Both the position numbers and the translations under genes were made by a program. Below the pieces are notes generated by a model. It did not search any database, had not been told where the DNA came from, and saw only the letters and a list, made by a program, of their open reading frames with translations. A stretch of DNA of 64,000 nucleotides from Eledone cirrhosa (taxonomy: Eukaryota), in contig OZ024749.1 in the NCBI GenBank assembly GCA_964016885.1, positions 7,564,001 through 7,628,000 of the forward strand, written 5' to 3'. Positions 14,367-27,996 of this stretch are shown here, piece after piece. How positions within the stretch are numbered: the stretch's first letter is position 1; each line of letters starts with the position of its first letter.

Positions 14367-14952
14367 ATTTGCTTCTTATCACTATTATCGTTGTAGTTAT
14401 TTTTGTTTTTGTTGTAGTAGTAGAATATCTAATAGTTGTAGTTATTATTTTTGTTGTTGGTGTTGTTAGCGAATAATGTTAATAAGACTAATTAGATAAG
14501 CTACAGAAACTATAAAGACATGCTGCGTGGTGATATTTCTATAATTTTTATTATAGATCTCTCAACTTGAATCATACAATACTTAAAATGAAAGCATTTA
14601 AGTATATGTAAATTATAGACTTTGTGTAAATTACAGAATTGAATTTATATTATATTATTGTAACAAAGATAAAAATGAATACATATTGATAGGTATATGG
14701 TGTGTATGTATATATGTATGTATATACATATGTATATATGTATGTATATATGTATGTATATACAGGCATTGCTTTATACCTAGAGATCTCTCTGCACTTG
14801 TCGTCACATGGTACAATGGGGGATTAAAGTAAGGGGGATTAAACCACAGGACTTTTCTGGTCCGATGCCCCCTGTTCCTACTAACTATATTAGAATTACC
14901 ACTCACCCTAGTAGCATCCAGTCTATTGTAACTGGAAATTACCTGTGGGTCG

Positions 14953-15996
14953 GTGGTGTCCTGGGGTGTCACGATAGCTGATACTACCCTAGCTATCGAG
15001 GGTAACCCCAATAGCCGCACGGGGGTTACACCGCCCTGGAGACTTGGGACGATTCCGAACACAATCGTGCCACCCCAGGACACCACCGACCCACAGGTAA
15101 TTTCCAGTTACAATAGACTGGATGCTACTAGGGTGAGTGATAATTCTAATATAGTTAGTAGGAACAGGAGGCATCGGACCAGAAAAGTCCAGTGGTTTAA
15201 TCCCCCTTACTCCACTGGCCTGACCACTAGTATAGCTAAGCTTTTCTTTAGGGCCTTAGACAATTGCTTCCCCAGATCGCACAGATATTATAACATTTTC
15301 AATAGAAATACTATCAAACTCTCCTACTCCACAACTAGTAACATAGCTCAGAATATAGCTAAGATGAATTATAGTAGACTTAAGACAGCCAATGAAGGAT
15401 TTAGGCATGGCAGGAACAATGGCAGCTCTATTGAGGAACCGACTCATACACGTGAGGCGAGTCGGGTTACCCCTACGCCGGGGAATTTACCCATAGAGCA
15501 GACTGGAACTGAGACCCGATCCCAAAGGTACCGTGGTCCATCCCGAACCACCCAGATCGATAGCAGAAAATGCAACTGCAGAAGCACCGCCACCTGCCAC
15601 TTGGCTGGGAAATGCCTTACCAAAAACATAGTCTACGACTGTAAGGTCTCCACTCCTGATAGAACCTTTAGGTATGTTGGGGCAACTGCCACGGAATTTA
15701 AGGATAGATGGTATAATCACCGCCATATCTTTAATAGATTAGATAAGAAAAATAGCACGGCACTTTCGGAATTAGTCTGGAAGCTTAAACTTCAGAATAT
15801 AGAGCACCCCTTATCCTGGTCCATAGTTTGTTCAGCCCAACCTTATAACGGCAGCACTGGCGTCTGCAATTTATGTATAGCTGAAACTTTCAATATTATT
15901 AGAGGCGGCCCCCTATTAATTAATAGAAGAGCAGATTTTTTCAGCAACTGTCAACATAGAACCTCGAAAACCTTCCGCAGGATTTTTGGAAGGTAA
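14953..15996 (+). CDS. PLE linker + GIY-YIG endonuclease (truncated ORF)
   Basis: WFNPPYS...IKLSYSTT...KCNCRSTATCHLAGKCLTKNIVY...RYVGATATEFKDRWYNH...CNLCIAE...CQH. Confidence 0.88.
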   Translation: MVSWGVTIADTTLAIEGNPNSRTGVTPPWRLGTIPNTIVPPQDTTDPQVISSYNRLDATRVSDNSNIVSRNRRHRTRKVQWFNPPYSTGLTTSIAKLFFRALDNCFPRSHRYYNIFNRNTIKLSYSTTSNIAQNIAKMNYSRLKTANEGFRHGRNNGSSIEEPTHTREASRVTPTPGNLPIEQTGTETRSQRYRGPSRTTQIDSRKCNCRSTATCHLAGKCLTKNIVYDCKVSTPDRTFRYVGATATEFKDRWYNHRHIFNRLDKKNSTALSELVWKLKLQNIEHPLSWSIVCSAQPYNGSTGVCNLCIAETFNIIRGGPLLINRRADFFSNCQHRTSKTFRRIFGR

Positions 15997-16644
15997 CCTA
16001 ACTCCTCCTTCTCTACTTTAGCCATAGAGTCCTCTCAATAAACGGACAGTCACACACTTAGGTAGTTAGACGGCTAAGATTGTTTGCGCACTTGCAAAGA
16101 TACTCGACATGTTTCCACGGAGTTCTCATAGCTGAGTGCTCTCTTTTAGAATACCTAGCTAGTAAATAGATAGATTGATTACACACTTAGTTAGGACCGA
16201 TTACGCTCCCTATACATAGCTCTACACACAGTACCCGCTTCCTTTAGACATTGAGCTCCCACATTTACGAATGTCACGTTCCTACCGACTGAACACTACA
16301 CCAGGTTTTGATGCGTGATCATCTAACCATAAAGGACTCATTGTTACGGATTGAACAGCGATACTGACCCACCATTAATGGGTCTACACACATTCACTGT
16401 CCTGTATTTTCTTACTTCACCTTCTATGCTGAATAACACACCTCCACCACTCAAACAACTATCTTAAAAGCTCATTGGCCCATGTGGCGGGAGATCGCAC
16501 TTGCGGACTCATTTACCCTATACTCAACCGTACATAGTGTCCTTTGCCGGCCCACACTGCAGTTGCTTGCACGCACAGATTTGGTGATTCTGATTCTCAA
16601 CTAGACAGCGGTACACAAGGAGTTCGACATGAGCTGATTGCTTG

Positions 16645-17118
16645 CTCTTCACATGGATGTGTATATACTCGGACACCCCCCCCCCACACATTTTTGGACG
16701 ATTCGGATGTGTGTATACCCTTTACCATAACACACACTTGAAGATATGGATGTTACAATTGGATCTATACACTTATAGCAGAACATTGAACTGAACTTAC
16801 TTGCGCGCACGCAGGTCTGTGTGTGTGTATGTGTGTAGCGTTGGTTAACCCAATATTTCCAATCTACATCGTCAAATTGAGCTCTTCACATGGATGTGTA
16901 TATAGCCAGACTCCCCCCCCCCCCCCATTTTTTGGCTGAATCGGATGTGTATAAACCATTTACCATAACACACACTTGAAGATATTGATGTTACAATTGG
17001 ATCTATACACGTACAGCAGAACACTGAACTGAACTTACTTGGGCGCACGCGCTTGTGTCTCTGTATGTGTGTAGCGTTGTTTAACCTAATATTTCCGATT
17101 TACATCGTTAAATTGAGA
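16645..17118. repeat. About 237-bp tandem duplication in the PLE 3' UTR
   Basis: CTCTTCACATGGATGTGTATATA...ACCATAACACACACTTGAAGATAT...TACATCGT at 16645 and 16882. Confidence 0.85.
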
Positions 17119-17561
17119 TTTGACCGACATATTTTCTGTTGCCTTGCGAACTAACTTTTCGGTGATTGCTGTGTTGGTACATTCTTATATGCTTTTTCTC
17201 GAAGATCGCTGTATTAAAGTGTGTGTGTGCCCACCCACGCTAATTCTACGGGTTTAATACTGTGTTGATGTATTTTTATGTTTATTTTTCTTTTTCTTTG
17301 ACCTTGAGCCGATGTATGCGGGTGTGGAGTGTGTGTGTACCCACTCACTTCTAACTGTGACTGACTGTATCCCTACGGATTTGTTCGATGTCCAGCGTCT
17401 TTTGCAGCGATAGAAGTCTGAAAACTTTTATGACCTCAACTAAAGCTAATAGCAGTCGCCATGTCTCTGACTGACTGATGTGTCTCCATATGAGGGAATG
17501 AATTATGTGAAGAAACATCGTTTTTTCTCCCTCATATCAAGAATTTGAAGACAATTCCTTT

Positions 17562-17635
17562 TCACCTGATGAGATCAGTGATAATCGATCGTGGCTTCAC
17601 AATCGATCTATCTCTTATTGAAACATATGTCGTGA
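17562..17635 (+). ncRNA. Type-I hammerhead with extended stem II
   Basis: TCAC-CTGATGA-[GATA/TATC, ATCGAT/ATCGAT, GTG/CAC]-GAAAC-ATAT-GTC-GTGA. Stem III is the palindrome ACATATGT. Confidence 0.8.
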
Positions 17636-17821
17636 TTAAATGATTGGAATTTTACCTTGCCTTCAGATTTTCATTTTGCTACTTATACTCCGTTTTACAT
17701 CATCTAGCTGTTCCCTTGAAAGGAATTGGAGATATACAAAAGCGTGGAGAACTTAATATGGCTAACATAAAGTTATTGGACCATTTTACACAACCAATAT
17801 TGCACCTTACTATATAACAAC

Positions 17822-19620
<1,799 letters not shown>

Positions 19621-20326
19621 AGTTGACAGGGTTTCCAAACTGTATCACCCTCTCAAATATAATAAACAATATAATTGAATTGCTTTTAACGATAGTGGCG
19701 CCCATGTTATTTTGTTTATTTATCACTTTTAAAATCATTTATCTCAGTCTTGCTAATGGATAATTCTGTATCGTAGGAGAAATACATCGTGTAAAAATTA
19801 TGAAAAATTTTGTTCGTACATATTGTCAGTCACTATTGAACAAAAAATAAACACTTAAAAACAAAACCATGACATAAAGATCTATAAAAAGTCTACTTGC
19901 TGGAGTACAGAATACTGGTATATATAATAATGAATTGACTAATGTATTGTGTAGCTAAATCTGGCCGTTTGGATCACACTTGATATATGTTTCTTACATA
20001 TTGAGAAAATTAAGGAATTTCTAGATATATCAACGACAATAAAACATTCTATATTAGTTTTACTATATTTTTTTCTGATGGCAAGAGATGTTAATACGTA
20101 TTCTGGTATTAATGGTACAATACTTCAACAATAGCCAAATAGCGTGTGGTTTGACTTCTTTCTCTTCTTGGCGTATATTGTGAATGCATGTTAAGAAATA
20201 ATATATTAATACAGGGAAAAATAACATAACGTAAGGTTATACTATATTAGTACATAGGATAGAATAATATATTGTCTTGTTTGTCCGGTTAAATGTACAA
20301 TTCTATGTTGAAGAAATATCTTAAAT

Positions 20327-20384
20327 GGATGTTATTCGGTACATATCTCGTTTATTCAAACGAGATATGTACCTAAGAACATCC
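20327..20384. repeat. Short near-perfect hairpin
   Basis: GGATGTT..GGTACATATCTCGTTT-ATTC-AAACGAGATATGTACC..AACATCC. Confidence 0.85.
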
Positions 20385-20436
20385 ATATATATATATGACA
20401 GTTGAAAATTGCAAACTTGACTGTCACCACACATTA

Positions 20437-20475
20437 TGAACCTGAAGATTGTGAAAGCATGAAAGTACTTGTTCA
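20437..20475 (+). ncRNA. Minimal type-I hammerhead ribozyme
   Basis: TGAAC-CTGAAGA-T-TGT-GAAA-GCA-T-GAAAG-TA-CTT-GTTCA. Stem III is the palindrome AAGTACTT. Confidence 0.8.
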
Positions 20476-20773
20476 ATTAACACTTAACATTTAATATTCT
20501 AGCATACTATTTCATTATAATACCATTATAAATTTTAAAGGATTGTAAATAAAACGAGTAAATCAGACAAAGTTGGAATTCCTCTTATTAATATAATCTT
20601 CTATACACAATCATACACACCCGTGTATATATATATCTATCTATCTATATATATATACATATATATATATAAAGGTTTACATATTTTACATATACATAAA
20701 GTTATAGATATATATGTTGCAACTGGTCACGTTGTAGCTCTATGAAGAATTAATAAATTAAATAATCAGAGCA

Positions 20774-21309
20774 ATATATCATAAATCATGTCTTTAGAAT
20801 TATTAGATAAAATATATACCATTTCCTCTCCCAATCAGCATAATTAACCATATAAAAAATCAATTAGACCAAGCTATAAGAATAAAGGCTCCTATGAAGA
20901 AATATTCGACAAATGACCGAAAGTGGCCTCTTCGCGGTGGCCCCAATAGAGTTTTTATCCAACATTTCGACAGCGTGCAGAAACTGACCAAATATACCAT
21001 CAACCATACACAATTAGGTGTACATTCAAACTTAGAAGAAATGTGTACATACCGTAATTATATCTCTACCATGGTTTCATCCGCACTTTTAGACATCCAA
21101 TTAATAGAAAATGCCCAGAGTTCGGATTCATCAGAAGACAAACTCAAAATTAGACACTTAGTTTTCCAAAGTGATCGCGCCAAAATTAGATTAAAAAATG
21201 AGCCTTTATTCTTATAGCTTGGTCTAATTGATTTTGTATATGGTTAATTATGCTGATTGAGAGAGGAAATGGTATATATTTTATCTAATAATTCTAAAGA
21301 CATGATTTA

Positions 21310-21317
<8 letters not shown>
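20774..21317 (-). mobile_element. Fold-back mini-element: about 118-bp inverted arms around an HHR-bearing spacer
   Basis: 20774-20891 is the reverse complement of 21200-21317. No ORF. Confidence 0.85.
21063..21138 (-). ncRNA. Type-I hammerhead with extended stem II
   Basis: Reverse complement TCTT-CTGATGA-ATCCG...CGGAT-GAAAC-CATG-GTA-GAGA. Stem III is the palindrome ACCATGGT. Confidence 0.85.
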
Positions 21318-21362
<45 letters not shown>

Positions 21363-21377
21363 ACATATTAGAGAAGA

Positions 21378-21566
21378 TAATTGTTTCTACTTTAGGCACA
21401 AGGCCAGCAATTATCCAGTGCATTACTGGTACTTTATTTTATCGACCCCGTAAGGATGAAAGGCAAAGTCAACCTCGGCGGGATTTGAACTCAGATCGTA
21501 AAGGGACGTAACTATGCTGGAAAGCATGGCGTCCGACCCTCCACCGATACTGCCAATCCACCGCCC
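21378..21566 (-). mobile_element. Full-length tRNA-derived SINE with 18-bp TSD
   Basis: TSD CATATTAGAGAAGATAAT at 21364-21381 and 21566-21583. Confidence 0.92.
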
Positions 21567-22365
21567 ATATTAGAGAAGATAATGACGAGAATTAACATAA
21601 AATAACCTACGTGATTCTAACCTGGTAGACATAAAAACAATCAACAAATGCATTTCACTGAGTGTAGTTACTCATCTGAGAGAACTGCATATACAAATTT
21701 CGCTTTTCAGTCAGAAAATGTCTGTTATCACATTGTAAGGCTAACGGTGTTATCTCAACATGTGTCACAAACCACCAAATCTCATTCTCTACTGTGGTAT
21801 ATATACTTCACTCAAGTAAACGTATTTAAGACTATTCAACAGAATTCGTAATATAATGGGATTGTCTCCCCGCAACTCCGGCGGAGAGAATGGAGAAAGC
21901 GTCTCCCCGGAGGACGGCAAGGGAGACGCGCTGGGAAATCCACACCAACTCGCCGATTTCTATTCGTTAGTTCAAAGATGTCTGCAGAAACATTTCTGTA
22001 GTAGTTTCTGTCGAATTCAGACGAAATCTAATCGAACTAAAAGGCCAAAACGAAGCGCATACATATATATTTGTTTGGAGTTACGTAAGATAATATGGCA
22101 AAATAATGACTATTGCATCATTGAATAACATAAAATACATGACAACAGCGAAGAAATTAAAATGTCACTTGTTCTATGTACTAATTAACCCCTCCCCTAG
22201 ACCTGTCAACTCTCCCTGCCGACGGGAAGATCTACCACCAACTTTGGCGTGAGTGAGAGATGGGTATAGCTTAGTTTATGTAAAATGTCTAGATTTTGCC
22301 TAATTTCTCCCCGTTTTGGGGGCATTTGTTTTCATGGAACTCCCCGTTTCGATTTTTAGTGGTTT

Positions 22366-22451
<86 letters not shown>

Positions 22452-22617
22452 TAACAAGCTATCGTTATAGGTAATCCTGTTAGAGGTTGTGAGTACAATT
22501 GTTAATACCTGAAATAAATCCCCTTGCTGTACAGTCGACCATGAAACGGAATAAAACAAGTTTTTCGGGTAACTTGAACTATTTGTGACCCAATGGGTGG
22601 CGGGTAGTCTAGTCTAG

Positions 22618-22648
<31 letters not shown>

Positions 22649-22752
22649 AATGAAGTTAATATGTCCAAGGGTACTAAGTACCCCTATAAATACATAGGTT
22701 GTCTATGATTCAAGGTTGTTCAATGGTATTAATTTGACATACAAGAACTATA

Positions 22753-23153
22753 ATATTAAGATAAGCAGAACAAGCAAAATTTAACCAATTTTTTAAAATA
22801 AATTAAAAAATATAATATAAATATTTACCTCTTCTAATGGCCCTTACTGATCAGTTTCGCTTTGTAAAACACCAGAAATCCAATGGATATCTAATGGAAA
22901 ACCAAAGTTCATCAGATCCTTGTTAGCTGGCAGTAGGCGATATATTTTATCGTTCCTGGGTCTTTAGCCCTAGGAAAGGAAAATGCTTCTCTGATGAACT
23001 TTGGTTTTCCATTAGATATCCATTGGATTTCTGGTGTTTTACAAAGCGAAACTGATCAGTAAGGGCCATGAGAAGAGGTAAATATTTATATTATATTTTT
23101 TTATTTATTTTAAAAAATTGGTTAAATTTTGCTTGTTGTGCTTTTCTTAATAT
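22753..23153. mobile_element. Fold-back mini-element with an HHR in each arm
   Basis: 22753-22916 is the reverse complement of 22990-23153, with an about 73-bp spacer. Confidence 0.88.
22987..23065 (+). ncRNA. Type-I hammerhead (mirror copy 22841-22916, minus strand)
   Basis: TTCT-CTGATGA-ACTTTG...CAAAGC-GAAAC-TGATCA-GTA-AGGG. Stem III is the palindrome ACTGATCAGT. Confidence 0.8.
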
Positions 23154-23179
23154 ATATATATATATATTAATATATATAT

Positions 23180-23636
<457 letters not shown>

Positions 23637-23767
23637 TGTATGTATGTATGTATGTATAATTGTTTAGAAAATTGTGTGAAATGATGGACGGAGACAAGAG
23701 GTCAGCAGCTGCTACAAAGAATGTAACATCGTAACTAAAATTCTGAATCAATGATCTAAATATTGAA

Positions 23768-23832
23768 CTGGAGGACGTCTGACAGAAATTTCTCTCTTGA
23801 TCAGAGCTTTCGGATGTAAACAACGTTGTAAG
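23768..23832 (+). pseudogene. Decayed hammerhead
   Basis: CTGGAGGA-CGTCTGA...TCGGATG-TAAAC-AACGTT-GTA. Stem II and the palindromic stem III (ACAACGTTGT) are retained; the core is mutated. Confidence 0.5.
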
Positions 23833-24051
23833 GAAAGTATCGAACTATCGGTAATCGAGTAAAATACTCCAATGTTTTCCAATTCTTTATTTATAGTAAT
23901 CGATTAGTTTTACAGTTATTTTCGACGTTTAGGACTTAACCATCTTTCATGAATTTCATAACTGCCCAGCGTTTTGATAGTTCAATATATTGCATACAAT
24001 GTTGTTTACACCGACACGATGTTTAATTTAGACGGAAATTGCTTTCAAATG

Positions 24052-24124
24052 TACCTTAGCTCAATGGATAGCGTACTCGACCAGACTTTGAGAGATACGG
24101 AGATCGAATCCCCGTAGCGGTGGC
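24052..24124 (+). pseudogene. tRNA-like SINE head or pseudo-tRNA
   Basis: TAGCTCAATGGATAGCG (D arm/A box) and GATCGAATCC (T arm/B box). No clean acceptor stem. Confidence 0.55.
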
Positions 24125-24320
24125 TGGCCACATCTTCTCCCGTCCACATCTTCTACCCGATATTCGAAGCTATTATTTATAGCAATCGACTGTTTTAACG
24201 GTTATATTTCGCATCTAGGAGTCATACATTCGCACTGAACTTCATATATATATATATAAATAAAATAAAAATGGCATGAACATTACAATACAACACAATA
24301 GGAGGGAACATGATAATAGT

Positions 24321-24553
24321 ACCACTGATGATGTTGCAGATGTGCAACGAAAGTACTTTGTTAGACTATATATATATTTATATCTGTATTTTTAACCGAT
24401 GGTCAGTCAATGATAAACAAGGATTGCTAAATAAATTAACTATGGAGATATATAAGATGCAGAAGCGAAGACCAACCAAACAGTGAGTGTGTTCTGTTAT
24501 TAGTTCTGGCAATATTATTACAACACTATGACCCTCCCCAAGTATAACAATAT
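24321..24553 (+). mobile_element. PLE (YVDD lineage) 3' end with HHR at 24321-24361
   Basis: ACCA-CTGATGA-T-GTTGCA-GATG-TGCAAC-GAAAG-TA-CTT-TGTT. Family terminus GACCCTCCCCAAGTATAACAATAT is shared with 50240, 53257, 55490, 61470 and 61865. Confidence 0.8.
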
Positions 24554-25157
24554 ATATATATATATGTGTGTGTGTGTGTATAAAATTATATTAGGTATAA
24601 ATCGAAGTTGTAGCTACCATATACCAGGTGGTAATCGAGTTGTTTGAGGCAATCAAAAAACACTGGATAGAGCGATATGTTAATACATTACCGTCCAGAG
24701 TAAACACAGCAGTTAAAACGTGTAACACCAAGAAAAACAACCGAACCTACTGGCCATACATATATCTCAATAATCATGAATAAATAAATGGGCCTTCTCC
24801 ATTCTGTCCGCTGGGGCTGTGGGGCGGCCAGCACGTGGGACCCCAATTGCTCACAATACAGAGATATGGGGAGGGCGAGATAGATGGAGGCGATGACAGT
24901 GGGAGTACTGCTCCTCCGTGTTGGGACACATTGTACCCGTCATGTGGATCATGTGATATATTCGTTTTACTTGTCACTCTCCCCAGACTCAATCAACAGA
25001 CTGTACCTGCATCTTCATATAGTGGAAAAGCAGGCTAGGGTTCCATGCACATCAAAGTTTATAGGTAAAAATTAAAAGTGAAAAAATCACAGAAGTATAT
25101 TTAAAGATTATTCTTTTTTTCAATTCAACAGAATGTATAATATTATATTGTTATAAT

Positions 25158-25343
25158 TTGGATTGGCAGTATCGGTAGGGGGTCGGACACCATGCTTTGA
25201 CGCATAGAGTTGCGGCCCTTGCCATTCTGAGTTCAAATCCCGCCGAGGTTAACTTTGCTTATCATCCTTACGGGGTTGATCAAATAAAGTACCAGCAATG
25301 CGTTGGTTAATTGCTGGCCTTGTGCCAAAAGTAGAAACAATTA
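25158..25343 (+). mobile_element. tRNA-derived SINE (variant head)
   Basis: GGATTGGCAGTATCGGTAG...GAGTTCAAATCCCGCCGAGG...GTAGAAACAATTAT. Confidence 0.88.
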
Positions 25344-25627
25344 TTTGCTTCTTATCACTATTATCGTTGTAGTTATTTTTGTTTTTGTTGTAGTAGTAGA
25401 ATATCTAATAGTTGTAGTTATATATTGGGGAGGGTCATATTGTTGTAATATTGCCAGAAATATTATAAATGTGACATTAACTGAATTAAAATTGTGTTAA
25501 ATAGTACCGGTTTCCTTTCGTATATCAATCACATCACATATTTTAGAATATATACAGTCATAGCTACTACATTCTTACTAAATTATAAAAAAAAGTTTGT
25601 CCTCATATTCTATGAGCAGTTAGAACA

Positions 25628-25694
<67 letters not shown>

Positions 25695-25764
25695 ACGCAG
25701 ATACATACATATGTGTATAATGTTGTGTGTATACGCGCAAAATAAGTTTAACATACCTGCCTCA

Positions 25765-26480
25765 ACATCATCTTCATCCGTCGGCCTCAGCCGAAATCAA
25801 CTCAAAAATTGATCTCCACGTGGGTTTGTCATTCATTGCCGTTGCCAAGTCCTGGATCTCAATACCAGAATATCTGGAGATGACATCGGGGGTAGGAGAG
25901 CTTGTGATCCCTGTTATTAGTGACTGCTTGTGGTTTTCAAAGCACTAATGGGGAAACAGCCTCATAGGTGGCACGATGACAGTGGCCAGCAAATGTTACC
26001 CTCGTTTTACGTACAGCGACAGATATGCGTGGGAGGCCGGCATATATCTCTCTCAAAGTCAGATGTCACCAGCTAATGTTCTGTATGCCTAAAAGGAACA
26101 ATAATATGCACAAGAAACAGTGTATCACTCATAATATCCCAACCTTGACCTCTTGCTTGCCATCTTGAAAAAATGTCTCATACAATAACCATATGAAATA
26201 TAAAGATCCAGCCATTACACACTATGTGTCACCGTGATTCTGTCTGAACACTATCTTTAGGAAACAGATATTCCAGACTTAATCATTCAAGTTAAAACAA
26301 CATCGTAAAAACACAGGCATAAGAACAGGAATTCGGAGCACACTCAAGGTCTATCGAAGAAGTATCCAATATTATATATTGCCATGGGATTTAATAGAAT
26401 TAGGGAAAGGAAACTGTAGAGTTTAGCTGTATACCCGCAACGCATCCATTGTTTTAGCGAGCTAACTTGTGTTAAACACC
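25765..26480 (-). mobile_element. Decayed RTE-like LINE 3' fragment
   Basis: Minus-strand pieces QNISW*HLTLREIYAGLP, FAGHCHR and IEIQDLATAMNDKPTWR. The upstream boundary is uncertain. Confidence 0.65.
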
Positions 26481-26499
26481 GTTAAGCTGACAACATGCG

Positions 26500-26672
26500 A
26501 GGCACCATTAGAGGGTCGAACATGCTTTCCAACATCGTTACGTCCCTTTACAATCGGAGTTCAAATCCCACCGAGGTTAACTTTGGCTTTCATCCTTACG
26601 GGGTCGATAAAATAAGGGAACAGTAATGCACTGGAATAATTGCTGGCCTTGTGCCAAAAGTAGAAACAGTTA
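26500..26672 (+). mobile_element. tRNA-derived SINE, diverged
   Basis: B box GAGTTCAAATCC plus the family core and tail. Confidence 0.82.
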
Positions 26673-26810
26673 TCTTATGGTGGGGTTTTTTTTATGATAC
26701 AGAACTTGCATTTCTATATCTAAAGATTAGGGAGTACAGTACGAAGGAAACGAGGATCACATTTATTCTGTAGATCCATGAAAACTCATGTATATATCTA
26801 TTTATCTCCC

Positions 26811-26908
<98 letters not shown>

Positions 26909-27077
26909 ATATATACACACACACACACACTTCAACAGCATTCAAATAAATATTATCTATGCAGGTAATCAAATTGTGTATATATTTTGGGGGGACACCC
27001 TGTATATATATATATATATATATGGGGGGAATATATTTATGTATATGCGTATAGATATATATACACGCATATATATA

Positions 27078-27246
<169 letters not shown>

Positions 27247-27274
27247 TCTATATATATATATATATATATATATA

Positions 27275-27328
<54 letters not shown>

Positions 27329-27415
27329 TCGATATATATATATATACACATATATATTGATATATATACACATATATATTGATATATGTATATATATATA
27401 TGTATATATATATGA

Positions 27416-27478
<63 letters not shown>

Positions 27479-27484
27479 TATAAT

Positions 27485-27957
27485 CAATATTAAATAAATG
27501 GAAAACTATATTTATAAAACCATATCTATTTCATTATATATATTTCGGGGATATCATATTAACAATATGCTATGCCTTCAACAGACAAAATACAATATAA
27601 ACAGTTTTATAGATAAATATATTCGACATACCGTAATAAACATCAACTTCATTTGAAGAGGTTCACTCTAGCAGTGAAAATACAGAGAGAAAGAAAGAGA
27701 GAGAGAAAAGAGGGAAATAAGAAAGAAAGAAAGACAAAACGAAGAAAAGGAAGAAAAAGAAGAAAAAGAAGAAATGCATGGGACAAAATAGAGAGATGGA
27801 AAAATAGATAAAGCGAAGAGCTTCATGTAAAGAGACCGAAAGATATATATATATATATAGAGAGAGAGAGGAAATAGAAATAGATACATATATAAATATA
27901 GATATAGAAAAATTAGGTAGTGGGAGGTCATTTTGAGTAAGTGTATCAATGATGCAT

Positions 27958-27996
<39 letters not shown>

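Noticed and set aside
24052-24124. Functional tRNA gene
   Set aside because: The acceptor and anticodon stems do not pair well. More likely a SINE head.
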